Origin: an uncultured delta proteobacterium
GTDB lineage: Bacteria; Desulfobacterota; SM23-61
Reading direction: 5' to 3'
NCBI GenBank assembly: GCA_963712535.1
Contig: CAVQIK010000005.1
Span: forward strand, 15-64,014
Length of the DNA: 64,000 nucleotides
Both the position numbers and the translations under genes were made by a program. This document shows, one piece after another, positions 20,180 to 28,828 of this stretch; positions within the stretch are counted from its first letter, which is position 1; every line of letters begins with the position of its first letter. The notes under the pieces are model-generated. The model was given only the letters and a program-made list of their open reading frames with translations. It was not told the origin of the DNA and made no database searches.

Positions 20180-21194
20180 GAATCCCGCCGTGCCTGCCTT
20201 TCTACTGAAAAGACTCATCCTCCTCATCCCCAGCCTGATCGGGGTCACCCTGATGGTTTTCGTGCTTTCTCACGTCATTCCGGCGGACCCGGTCGCGATT
20301 GCTCTCGGGCCGGAAGCCACCGCTGACCAGATCCAATCGCTGAGGGAAGCCTGGGGCCTGAACAAACCCCTTTACGTCCAGTATGGAATTTTTCTCAAGA
20401 ATCTGGTCCGGGGCGATCTCGGATTTTCCCTGGTCAGCCGGCGGGCGGTGACCGAGGAGCTTCGCTATTACTTTCCCGCGACTTTTGAGCTCACGACTGC
20501 CAGCATGATTCTCTCAATCGTGCTGGGCGTGGCGATCGGAATCATCTCCGCCGTTCACCGGAACCGCTTATTCGACCACCTGACCCGGACCTATTGTCTG
20601 TTCGGCATCTCCATGCCGATCTTCTGGCTGGGGCTTCTTCTCCTGCTTTTATTTTACGTGAAACTGGGGTGGCTACCGGGGGGAGGCCGGATCGCAGACG
20701 GCATCGAGGTCCGGCAGGTAACCGGCCTGCTGACTCTTGATTGTCTCCTCACCGGAAACTGGAGAGGCCTGGGTTCTTCTTTGCTCCACCTGGTATTGCC
20801 CGCCTTCTGCCTGTCGAGTTCCTTCCTGGCGACGATCTCCCGGATCGCCCGTTCCTCGGTCCTGCAGGTCATCCGGGAAGATTACGTCCGCACGGCTAGG
20901 GCCAAAGGACTCCCGGAGTTCAAAGTGCTTTCCAAACACGTCCTGCGCAACTCGCTCCTCCCGGTCGTCACGATTTCGGGGATTCTTTACGGTCAGCTCC
21001 TGGGCGGTGCCGTGTTGACCGAGACCATCTTCTCGTGGCCGGGGATGGGCCGGTACGTCGTCCGATCGATTTTGCACCTGGACTTTCAACCGATTCTCGG
21101 TTTTACCGTTCTTTGCGCGCTGCTGTATGCCCTGGCGAATCTGGTCGTGGACCTGCTCTATTCGGTGATCAACCCGCAGATTCGGCTGGAGTAG
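20178..21194 (+). CDS. ABC peptide/nickel-type permease (DppB-like)
   Basis: FLLKRLILLIPSLIGVTLMVF N-terminus, with the BPD permease core. A GTG start is assumed. Confidence 0.85.
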   Translation: MNPAVPAFLLKRLILLIPSLIGVTLMVFVLSHVIPADPVAIALGPEATADQIQSLREAWGLNKPLYVQYGIFLKNLVRGDLGFSLVSRRAVTEELRYYFPATFELTTASMILSIVLGVAIGIISAVHRNRLFDHLTRTYCLFGISMPIFWLGLLLLLLFYVKLGWLPGGGRIADGIEVRQVTGLLTLDCLLTGNWRGLGSSLLHLVLPAFCLSSSFLATISRIARSSVLQVIREDYVRTARAKGLPEFKVLSKHVLRNSLLPVVTISGILYGQLLGGAVLTETIFSWPGMGRYVVRSILHLDFQPILGFTVLCALLYALANLVVDLLYSVINPQIRLE

Positions 21195-21254
21195 GAAATG
21201 AGTTTGCAGGTGTCTACCGCCATGAAGAGAATGCGAAAATCTGTCAGGAAGCCT

Positions 21255-21337
21255 CAGAAATCCCCTTAATCCCCCTTTTTCAAAGGGGGAAGAGATATCT
21301 CCTCCCTTTGGAAAAGGGAGGTCGGGAGGGATTTCTG
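21255..21337. repeat. family-A G/C-run palindromic element
   Basis: CAGAAATCCCCTTAATCCCCCTTTTTCAAAGGGGGAAG...CTCCCTTTGGAAAAGGGAGGTCGGGAGGGATTTCTG. Confidence 0.65.
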
Positions 21338-21351
21338 GAAACACCTTTCAA

Positions 21352-22215
21352 ATGGGTAAAATGATACCGAAGTTGAAGACCATGCGAGCCCTGCGACATT
21401 TCGGCTACAATCCTTTATCCCTCCTCGGCCTGATCCTCATCGGGGGTCTTCTCTTTACCGGTATCTTCGCTCCCATCCTTGCTCCCTATGACCCAGTGGA
21501 GATCTCTCCCGACCGCCGCTTAACCCCCCCCGGAAGCTCATACGCGTTAGGTACCGATGAGGTGGGGCGGGACATCCTGAGCAGGGTGATTTGGGGGGCG
21601 CGCATCTCCCTCCAGATCGGGCTTTCCATCGTGTTTCTCGCCGCGGTGATCGGGCTCGTGGTGGGACTCATCAGCGGGTATTTCGGGGGAATTCTGGACC
21701 AGGTTCTCATGCGGTTCACGGATATTTTCATGTCCTTTCCGACCTTGATCCTGGCCATTGCCATGACCGCCGCCCTGGGACCCAGCTTATTCAATGCCGT
21801 GCTGGCCATGATTCTCGTCTGGTGGCCCATCTACGCCCGCCTGGTCCGGGGCGAGGTCCTGGTCGTCAAGGAAAAGGAGTACATACGGGCGATCAAGGCC
21901 CTGGGCGCCCACCCCTTGAAGATCCTCTTCCTTCACGTGCTGCCGAACTCCATTGACGTCATCATCGTCCGGGCATCCATCGACTTCGGGAACGCGGTCA
22001 TGTTCTGCGCCGCCTTGAGCTTCATCGGCCTGGGCGCCCAGCCTCCCCAGCCCGAATGGGGGGCGATGGTCACGACGGGACGGGATTACCTCCGGGACGC
22101 CTGGTGGCTGGTGACCTTCCCGGGCCTGGCGATCTTTCTGACGGTGATGGGCTTCAACCTGTTCGGCGACAGCCTCCGGGATTTCTTCGATCCGAGGTTG
22201 CGGGGAGAAAGTTAA
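21352..22215 (+). CDS. ABC peptide/nickel-type permease (DppC-like)
   Basis: A typical DppC N-terminal region and BPD core (ALGTDEVGRDILSRVIWGARISL). Confidence 0.85.
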   Translation: MGKMIPKLKTMRALRHFGYNPLSLLGLILIGGLLFTGIFAPILAPYDPVEISPDRRLTPPGSSYALGTDEVGRDILSRVIWGARISLQIGLSIVFLAAVIGLVVGLISGYFGGILDQVLMRFTDIFMSFPTLILAIAMTAALGPSLFNAVLAMILVWWPIYARLVRGEVLVVKEKEYIRAIKALGAHPLKILFLHVLPNSIDVIIVRASIDFGNAVMFCAALSFIGLGAQPPQPEWGAMVTTGRDYLRDAWWLVTFPGLAIFLTVMGFNLFGDSLRDFFDPRLRGES

Positions 22216-22393
22216 TTGACATAGAAATTCCAGAGTCCCAGAGCGCCAGAATCACAAAGCAAATCCAAATTCTAAGACGCCCAACGCACGGCGAAACGGA
22301 GCAAAGTATTACGCCATTGCAGATTGGTCATCTGGTATTTTTGGAATCTGGAAGTTGATTCTGGAATTCTTGGCTTGGAATTGAGGAGGATTC

Positions 22394-23536
22394 ATGAAAA
22401 TTACGGATATCAAAACCTACTACATCGAAATCCCTTTTCCCCGGGAGCTGCGCTCCACCTGGGGTCATGGGCGGGCCGAGAAGGTTCACGGGCAGACGCT
22501 CGTGGAAGTGCAAACCGACGAAGGGATCTCGGGCTATGGGGCCGCAGAGGCCATGTGGGGCTGGGGCGCTGTGCACAGGGCCGTCATTGAAAGCATGCTC
22601 AAGCCCCGTCTCCTGGGCAAAGACCCTTTCGCGACGGAACAGCACATCATGGATATCCGGGACGTTCCCGGTCGTGCCTGGATGGTCGAGAACGCCCTCT
22701 GGGACATTATCGGAAAAGTCGCCGGGATGCCTGTTTACAAGATGTGGGGAGCTTTTCAAAACAGGGTTCAGGCTTATGCGGCGTGGGGGGAGCTGCGGTC
22801 GCCGGAAGAGGCCGCAGAACATGCGCTGCACCTGGTCGAAAAAGGCTTTAAAGGGATGAAAATACGCCTGCACCATCCCAAGATGTCCGACGACCTCGCT
22901 TTGGTGGAAGCGGTGCGCAAGGCCGTTGGAGACAAGCTTGCCCTCATGGTAGACGCCAACCAGGCGACCGCCCCGTACCGGACCGGCGCCCTGAAGACCA
23001 CGGCCCTTTGGGGCTACGAGCGGGCGCTGAAGATGGCCCGGGCTCTCGAGGATCTGGATGTTTATTGGCTTGAGGAGCCGCTGCCGCTCCACGATTACCG
23101 GAACCTGTCCCGCCTGGCGGCGGCGGCGGAGGTCCTGATCGCCGGGGGGGAGATCAACCGGGAGATCTTCGAGTTCAAGCTCTTCCTGGACCAGGAGTGC
23201 TACGACATCCTTCAGCCGAACTGCACGATGGCCGAAGGGATGTTCCAGGTCCGAAAGATCGCCGCCATGGCGGAAGTCAACCACAAGCTGTGCGTTCCCC
23301 ACGCCTGGGTCCAGGGCCCGGGTTTCTACGCCAACCTGCACGTGGCGGGAGCGGTCCGGAACTGCCCCTGGATCGAGTTTGCCTACGACCCGCCGGTCCT
23401 GACGCCGGAGAACTTCCATTCCATTATTACCGAGCCGCCCAGGATCGACGCCGAAGGGTATGTGCCCCTCCCGGAAAAGCCGGGACTTGGGGTTGAGATT
23501 AATTGGGAAGTGGTAAAGCGGTTCCAAAAAGAATGA
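22394..23536 (+). CDS. enolase-superfamily enzyme (mandelate racemase / muconate lactonizing family)
   Basis: MKITDIKTYYIEIPF...VEVQTDEGISGYG capping domain. The barrel carries KIRLHHP, MVDANQA and YWLEEP metal-ligand contexts. Confidence 0.8.
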   Translation: MKITDIKTYYIEIPFPRELRSTWGHGRAEKVHGQTLVEVQTDEGISGYGAAEAMWGWGAVHRAVIESMLKPRLLGKDPFATEQHIMDIRDVPGRAWMVENALWDIIGKVAGMPVYKMWGAFQNRVQAYAAWGELRSPEEAAEHALHLVEKGFKGMKIRLHHPKMSDDLALVEAVRKAVGDKLALMVDANQATAPYRTGALKTTALWGYERALKMARALEDLDVYWLEEPLPLHDYRNLSRLAAAAEVLIAGGEINREIFEFKLFLDQECYDILQPNCTMAEGMFQVRKIAAMAEVNHKLCVPHAWVQGPGFYANLHVAGAVRNCPWIEFAYDPPVLTPENFHSIITEPPRIDAEGYVPLPEKPGLGVEINWEVVKRFQKE

Positions 23537-23596
23537 ACCACAGAGGACACAGAGGAGCACAGATAGCATTACAGGGAATCCCTTAAAGTCCTTTAA

Positions 23597-23670
23597 CTGT
23601 AGGGGCAATCACGCCAAGGCGTGATGGTTGCCCATCTTGCGGGCGGCCACATAGGGCCCCGCCCCTACAG
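23597..23670. repeat. CTGTAGGGGC...GCCCCTACAG palindromic element (family B)
   Basis: The termini are reverse complements, with an inner hairpin ATCACGCCAAGGCGTGAT. Related copies lie at 47940-47969 and 61924-61985. Confidence 0.6.
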
Positions 23671-23823
23671 TTATTAACCCGGAAATTCCTGTATCATGGA
23701 CGACGAGCCCCGAGGATCGTAGGGGAGGGTACCCCCCCTGCAAAGATTTTGCGATAGATCAAGCTTATGATTATAAGTTAAAGTTTTAGTAGGGGTGTTT
23801 GCGCAGACAACGGGGGGTGGGTT

Positions 23824-24258
23824 ATGACAAATGTTCTCAAAATCGTGTGCCCGAACTGCGGCGCCTCCAACCGGTTAGAAAGCTCGAGGTTGAAGGACCA
23901 ACCGAAATGCGGAAAATGCAGGCAGAAACTCTTCACCTCTTCTCCCGTCCAGCTCGGTCCCGACAATTTTGATAAAGTAATCAGTCTGAATGAAACCCCC
24001 GTCGTGGTGGAATTCTGGGCTCCCTGGTGCGGATATTGCCGAGCCATGGCCCCCATTTTCCAGCAGGCGGCGGCGCAACTGGAACCCCGTTTCCGCCTCG
24101 CCCAGGTAAACACCCAGGCTGAGCCGACGATCTCCGGCCGGTTCGGCGTTCAGGGCGTCCCCACCTTCGTCATTTTCAAAAACGGGATAGAAGTCGACCG
24201 CAGGTCAGGGTCCATGGATTTGGGAACGCTGGTCGGCTGGATCCGCTATCACGGCTAA
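23824..24258 (+). CDS. trxC: thioredoxin 2 type (N-terminal zinc finger plus WCGYC active site)
   Basis: CPNCGASN...CGKCRQ zinc-finger extension, followed by FWAPWCGYCRAMAP. Confidence 0.85.
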   Translation: MTNVLKIVCPNCGASNRLESSRLKDQPKCGKCRQKLFTSSPVQLGPDNFDKVISLNETPVVVEFWAPWCGYCRAMAPIFQQAAAQLEPRFRLAQVNTQAEPTISGRFGVQGVPTFVIFKNGIEVDRRSGSMDLGTLVGWIRYHG

Positions 24259-24437
24259 TTGTTTCCGAAGGAGAAGTTTTTTAGGAAGCAGGGGGTTCTA
24301 GGTAAGTTAGTTTTCCTGGATCAATCCTGTGACAAAGGTTTAATCCAATGCGGAAAGATTGTTTCCAAAATTGACAGGTTAGACTAAGTTATTTATACTC
24401 AACAGACCAAGCTCATAGGCGAGGAAATAAGGAGGAA

Positions 24438-25559
24438 ATGGAAATGTTGAAAACGAAACTCACCTCAATGCTGGGGATAAAACACCCCATCATTCAGGCC
24501 GGCATGGGCCCGTTCAGCAACAATAATCTCTGCGTGGCGGCGAGCAACGCCGGGGTGCTCGGGTTGCTTTCGACCAGCGGGCTTTTCAGCAAAACCGAGC
24601 AGCCCTGGATCTACAACGCATTTGTGGAGAGCGGGGAGGCAAATCCCGACGACGACATGGCCGGGGTTCTGACGTCGGTGCTGAAGCGCACCTACCGCCT
24701 GACCAAGGACAAAGGCGGCATATTCGGCATTAACGTCATGGTTTCCGCCGAATTGGTTGATCTGTCGGCCATCATCATCGATACGGCCATCAAAGTCGTA
24801 AAAGAAAATCCGGCAATGAAAGACCACTTCAAGGTAATTTTTACATCCGCCGGCGATCCCGTCCCCTGGCGGGACAAGATCAAGAATGCCGGATTTACAT
24901 GGCTCCATGTCGTACCTTCGGTAAAAGGCGCTTTGAGGTGCAAAAAGGCGGGCGTGGACTGCATTGTCGCCTCCGGGCACGAAGGCGGCTTTCATACCTC
25001 CTGGGAACCGATTCACTCCATGACTCTGTTGCCTGCGGTTGTCGACGCCCTGGCGGGCTCGAACATCCCCGTGGTGGGTGCCGGCGGGTTCTGCGACGGC
25101 AAGACCCTTGCCGCGGCCCTCATCATGGGGGCGGCCGGCGCGCAGATGGGGACGAGATTCTTGGCGACCCAGGAAAGCGACTTTCACCCCTTGTGGAAAG
25201 AGCAGGTCGTAAAAACCCAGGACCGGGGGACCCTGGTGGCCCGCGGGATGGTGGGGCCGGCCAGATGGCTGAAGACCCCGTCAAGCCTGGAGCATCAGAA
25301 AAATACTCTTCTGAAGTCCCCGTCGATTTATCTGGATACCCCCGATGAGTACAGCACCCCAGGTACGCAGGAATTGATTGCTTATGAGAGGCAGGGCATC
25401 AAAGCGGTGTGTAGCGGTGATCGGGAAAAAGCCCTCATGGCAGGCGGGGAATGCTCCCAGAGGGTGGACGACCTGCCAAAGGTCCAGGAGTTGGTTGACA
25501 GGATTACAAAGCAAGCAGTCGATATTTTAAGGACCGCTCCCAGGTATGTGACTGATTAG
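24438..25559 (+). CDS. NMO/FabK-like FMN oxidoreductase (nitronate monooxygenase family)
   Basis: MLGIKHPIIQAGMG...ASNAGVLGLLS and GAGGFCDG motifs. The true start may be the second ATG (24444), which has better spacing from AGGAGG. Confidence 0.8.
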   Translation: MEMLKTKLTSMLGIKHPIIQAGMGPFSNNNLCVAASNAGVLGLLSTSGLFSKTEQPWIYNAFVESGEANPDDDMAGVLTSVLKRTYRLTKDKGGIFGINVMVSAELVDLSAIIIDTAIKVVKENPAMKDHFKVIFTSAGDPVPWRDKIKNAGFTWLHVVPSVKGALRCKKAGVDCIVASGHEGGFHTSWEPIHSMTLLPAVVDALAGSNIPVVGAGGFCDGKTLAAALIMGAAGAQMGTRFLATQESDFHPLWKEQVVKTQDRGTLVARGMVGPARWLKTPSSLEHQKNTLLKSPSIYLDTPDEYSTPGTQELIAYERQGIKAVCSGDREKALMAGGECSQRVDDLPKVQELVDRITKQAVDILRTAPRYVTD

Positions 25560-25681
25560 CAGAGGGGGGGCAGGCGCAGACCGTCAAGGCTAACCGCGAC
25601 CTGCCCCCTGACCAAGAGGCGTGAGGCGCAAGCCGATATGTTTCGATCTCGCGCTCTCGCGACTTGTGCTCTCCGGACCTT

Positions 25682-25852
25682 TCAGCCGGGTCCCGTCTCC
25701 TCCGGTCCTTGTTCCAGATCCTCCTCCTCTTCGAATACATCTTCATACCCTTGGACACATTTTTCTTGATCTTTCCCCTTTAACGGCCAACAAAAATTCT
25801 TAATCGGATTATTGTTTCCCGTTTTTTTTTGGTTAATTTCGTTCACTTTCAT
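25682..25852 (-). CDS. candidate 56-aa acidic protein (below the ORF-track cutoff)
   Basis: My own translation: MKVNEINQKKTGNNNPIKNFCWPLKGKDQEKCVQGYEDVFEEEEDLEQGPEETGPG. The ATG lies 5 nt after GAAAGGAGG. It contains an A9 run (T9 at 25822-25830 on the plus strand). No family recognised. Confidence 0.35.
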   Translation of the reverse strand: MKVNEINQKKTGNNNPIKNFCWPLKGKDQEKCVQGYEDVFEEEEDLEQGPEETGPG

Positions 25853-26023
25853 TTTGGCCTCCTTTCTTCGTCCTCACTGGAAAAGTAATTATTCCGAAGG
25901 CCAAACTCAAGAATTCTGCTGGATTACCAGAAAATCTATTTTATTTCTCGAATTACAGGATTATGGCGAGGTCATGGAACTAACCAATTTGTAATGCGGC
26001 GAATTTCAGTGAGGAGACTGCAA

Positions 26024-26299
26024 TTAATCCCCTGTAACGCGGCCCTGCTGCCTCCAACATTTCAACTGATTGGCCCTTTGATTCATCCTAGACTTAACAG
26101 ATGGTTGCGCTCCGGTCGTATTCTCCCGCCGGTATCGGTTATTTTCATGATCGACTCTCCCGATCCAATTTTCCAAAGGCCACAGCTGTGTTTTCCCGCA
26201 TATGAGGCAACTTCCTCTAGAAGTTGTGACCATCTCGCAATCCACACAAAAATAGGCATCCTCCAATCTGATTGCTGAGCTTATGTTAGTAGTTGTCAT
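26024..26299 (-). CDS. small zinc-ribbon protein, unassigned family (paralog of 53714..53953)
   Basis: 91 aa with CxxC...CxxC (CVDCEMVTTSRGSCLICG), then LWPLENWIGRV. In my manual alignment 29 of 45 core positions are identical to the 79-aa ORF at 53714..53953. Confidence 0.55.
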   Translation of the reverse strand: MTTTNISSAIRLEDAYFCVDCEMVTTSRGSCLICGKTQLWPLENWIGRVDHENNRYRRENTTGAQPSVKSRMNQRANQLKCWRQQGRVTGD

Positions 26300-26439
26300 C
26301 CTGCCTTCCTTTTTTTAGATTGATTGCGGTGAGGATTCCATCGTCATGACGTCTTGTAAAATTCAAGTATTGCTGGAATTTCTGAAAAGGGCAATTGTGA
26401 GGTCCCCTTTGTTTTCAATCAGGCGGAAAAGCTCCGCAT

Positions 26440-27444
26440 TCAAAAACGCGGGGCAGGGGCTTTGAGGAGCTGATCCTGCTCAGGCGTGGGAGCATGAACC
26501 GCCGCTCTGGCCATCTTGATTTTCTGATGAGCTTGCACATAGAACCCGGGTTTACTCTCGATCGCTTTTTCGAAAGCATCTATGGCTTCCTGAGGTTTTC
26601 CTTTGGATAAGAAAAGGCATCCTAAATTATAGTATGCAGTTGCCTCATCCCCGCCCTTTTTGAAAGCCTCGAGGGCTTCCGGGTATCTTTCCAATTTGAC
26701 CAGCCCAATGGCCATATTGTTGTAAATCTTGGGGTTGGAGGTTTTGAGGTTGACCGCCTCGGTAAAGACGGCCACGGCCTTCTCGTTTTCTCCCTTTAAC
26801 AAAAGAGAAACGCCAAGATTATTGTAAAGGAATCCAAATTCGGGCTGAAGTAAGATGGCCTTTTGATAGTGGGATATGGCCTCATCATACTTTCCCTGAC
26901 GGTCGTACAGAACCCCCAGATAGTTAAAAGCCTGCCAGAGAGAGGGGTTCATCTGAATGGCTTTTAGGAAATTCTTTTCAGCCTCCGGGAACTTACTTGA
27001 TAGGAGGCAAACCCGGCCCAGTCCTTCATAGGCAGGAGCATATTTAGAGTCGGCATTAATAATCTCCTGAAATCCCTTCTTCGCCTCTTCCTTCAACCCC
27101 TTCTCCAGGTATAGGTGGCTCATCTTGAAGAGAACCCGTAGGTTGCCGGGGGCCAATTCCAGCGATTTATGGTACTGGACGAAGGCCAGATCCAGATTAT
27201 CCCGGCTGAGATACTGATCCCCCTGCTTTTCGTACCCATCCGCATTCAACTCGGGGATTTTCTCGGAGGCTTTCTTTTCGGCGGCCATTTCCGCCTTTTG
27301 CCTCTCCATAACCCTGCGGTATTCGCTGTCCTGGATGAGGCTTTGCGTGCGGTTGGAAGAGGAAGAGGCGCACCCCAGACAACCGATGCTCCCCACAACT
27401 GCCAGGCAGACTATGATCGCTATGTGTGGCGCGGATTTCCTCAT
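26440..27444 (-). CDS. TPR-repeat lipoprotein (TadD-like)
   Basis: Signal plus lipobox (VGSIGCLGC), followed by multiple TPR units (AxxxYxxAL-type repeats). It is the last large gene of the Tad block. Confidence 0.8.
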   Translation of the reverse strand: MRKSAPHIAIIVCLAVVGSIGCLGCASSSSNRTQSLIQDSEYRRVMERQKAEMAAEKKASEKIPELNADGYEKQGDQYLSRDNLDLAFVQYHKSLELAPGNLRVLFKMSHLYLEKGLKEEAKKGFQEIINADSKYAPAYEGLGRVCLLSSKFPEAEKNFLKAIQMNPSLWQAFNYLGVLYDRQGKYDEAISHYQKAILLQPEFGFLYNNLGVSLLLKGENEKAVAVFTEAVNLKTSNPKIYNNMAIGLVKLERYPEALEAFKKGGDEATAYYNLGCLFLSKGKPQEAIDAFEKAIESKPGFYVQAHQKIKMARAAVHAPTPEQDQLLKAPAPRF

Positions 27445-28811
27445 GATCTCCTTCCTCCTTTGAGACTTGAACCGGAAAGGATGTCTTTGCCGATGATGAT
27501 TTTAACATTGATATTGGGACGATCGAACTTTTTCCGTTCCTCCAATTCTTGCAGCCCCGGGATTTGGTCCGCTACCCGAACTGCAACTTCTTCGTAGCCA
27601 TTCTGATAATAAATCCTGGTCTGGCCGTGGTTGAAATGGTTAGCGTTGGTGATATGCCTTACGGGGATCCCTTTGTGTTCCAGTTGTCGAGAAACCTTGC
27701 GGGCCATTCCATTGACCCCATTTCCGTTGGAAACTTCGATCCACGCCTTTTTCAGCGACAGGGGAGCTGGCTTTTCTGTACCCTGAGAAACAGAAGGCGG
27801 GGGTGAAGGTTCGGCCGTCAAGTCTGGCGAAGGTATAGTTTTCAATTCTGTTGAATGCGCTCCGGAATCATCCAGTACTCGCGCCAACCGAGTCTCTTCT
27901 GCCGCGGGGAGCAGGACGGGTTCCGATTCCGAGGAAACTGGACGGAGCCCGCCTTGTTCAGGACGGTACGGTTCCATCTGTGCCTGGGCCACTGGATTAT
28001 GAAGAATTGGGGAATTCTTTTGGGATTTCGATTCAGGGGCGGCTTCCTCTTTTTTCGGGTCGGAAGGTTGGAAGATCCTGGCCAGGGCATGGATGGCCTG
28101 CACAGCCATCCGGGCATGATTGAAGGATGGGTCCAGACTCAGAGCCTGGGAATAATGGAAGTGGGCAATCCGGTACAGCCCCTGGCGGCGATAAAACTGG
28201 GCGGTGTTGAAATGGGCTTTTGAGTCGTCACCGGCAAGCTTGAATTCCGCCAGGGCGCGATCCAAGTCGCCCTTTATGGCGTAGGCAAGCCCAAGATTGT
28301 TGTGAAACTTCCCTTCCCGGCCATTCAAGGCCATAGCTTTTTGGAGAACGGGAAGGGCCTCATCCGTCTTGCTTTGGAGGAGGTAGGAATATCCCAGGTT
28401 GTTCAGAACATAATCAAGGTCGGGGTTCAATCCAAGGGCCCTCCTATATGATTCAACGGCCCGGGCGTAATCTCTGAGGCGGTCATAAGAAACTCCCATG
28501 CCATTATAGGCCTGGACATTGCGGGGGTCGATGAGGACTACCTTTTGAAACTCTTCGATAGCCTTCGAATGCTCTCCCCGATCCTGGTAATAATTTCCCA
28601 GGAGATAATGAGAGTCTGGATTTCCCGGGCGGGGTCGAACCTGGGACGCGAATTGGGAAATCTCACTCTGATGGGTGCTTTTAATTTCCGGAGGGTCCGA
28701 AAAAGCCCCCCAGTTCAGAAAGTTGCCCTGAGTTGAGCAGCTGGTTAGGGAGAGTAAGGAAAAACTTCCGATCAGCCCGAGAGCAATGGCTTTTATATTT
28801 CTTTTTTTCAT
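27441..28811 (-). CDS. TPR-repeat lipoprotein with C-terminal LytR_C-like domain
   Basis: Lipobox LSLTSC and TPR repeats. The C-terminal IEVSNGNGVNGMARKVSRQLEHKGIPV...TRIYYQNGYEEVAVRVADQIPG resembles the LytR C-terminal domain. A 4-nt overlap joins it to the next gene. Confidence 0.75.
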   Translation of the reverse strand: MKKRNIKAIALGLIGSFSLLSLTSCSTQGNFLNWGAFSDPPEIKSTHQSEISQFASQVRPRPGNPDSHYLLGNYYQDRGEHSKAIEEFQKVVLIDPRNVQAYNGMGVSYDRLRDYARAVESYRRALGLNPDLDYVLNNLGYSYLLQSKTDEALPVLQKAMALNGREGKFHNNLGLAYAIKGDLDRALAEFKLAGDDSKAHFNTAQFYRRQGLYRIAHFHYSQALSLDPSFNHARMAVQAIHALARIFQPSDPKKEEAAPESKSQKNSPILHNPVAQAQMEPYRPEQGGLRPVSSESEPVLLPAAEETRLARVLDDSGAHSTELKTIPSPDLTAEPSPPPSVSQGTEKPAPLSLKKAWIEVSNGNGVNGMARKVSRQLEHKGIPVRHITNANHFNHGQTRIYYQNGYEEVAVRVADQIPGLQELEERKKFDRPNINVKIIIGKDILSGSSLKGGRRS

Positions 28812-28828
28812 CAGTCAACCTCTCTTCT

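Noticed and set aside
22328-23608. 426-aa minus-strand ORF
   Set aside because: It is antisense to the enolase-superfamily gene, with shadow-ORF composition.
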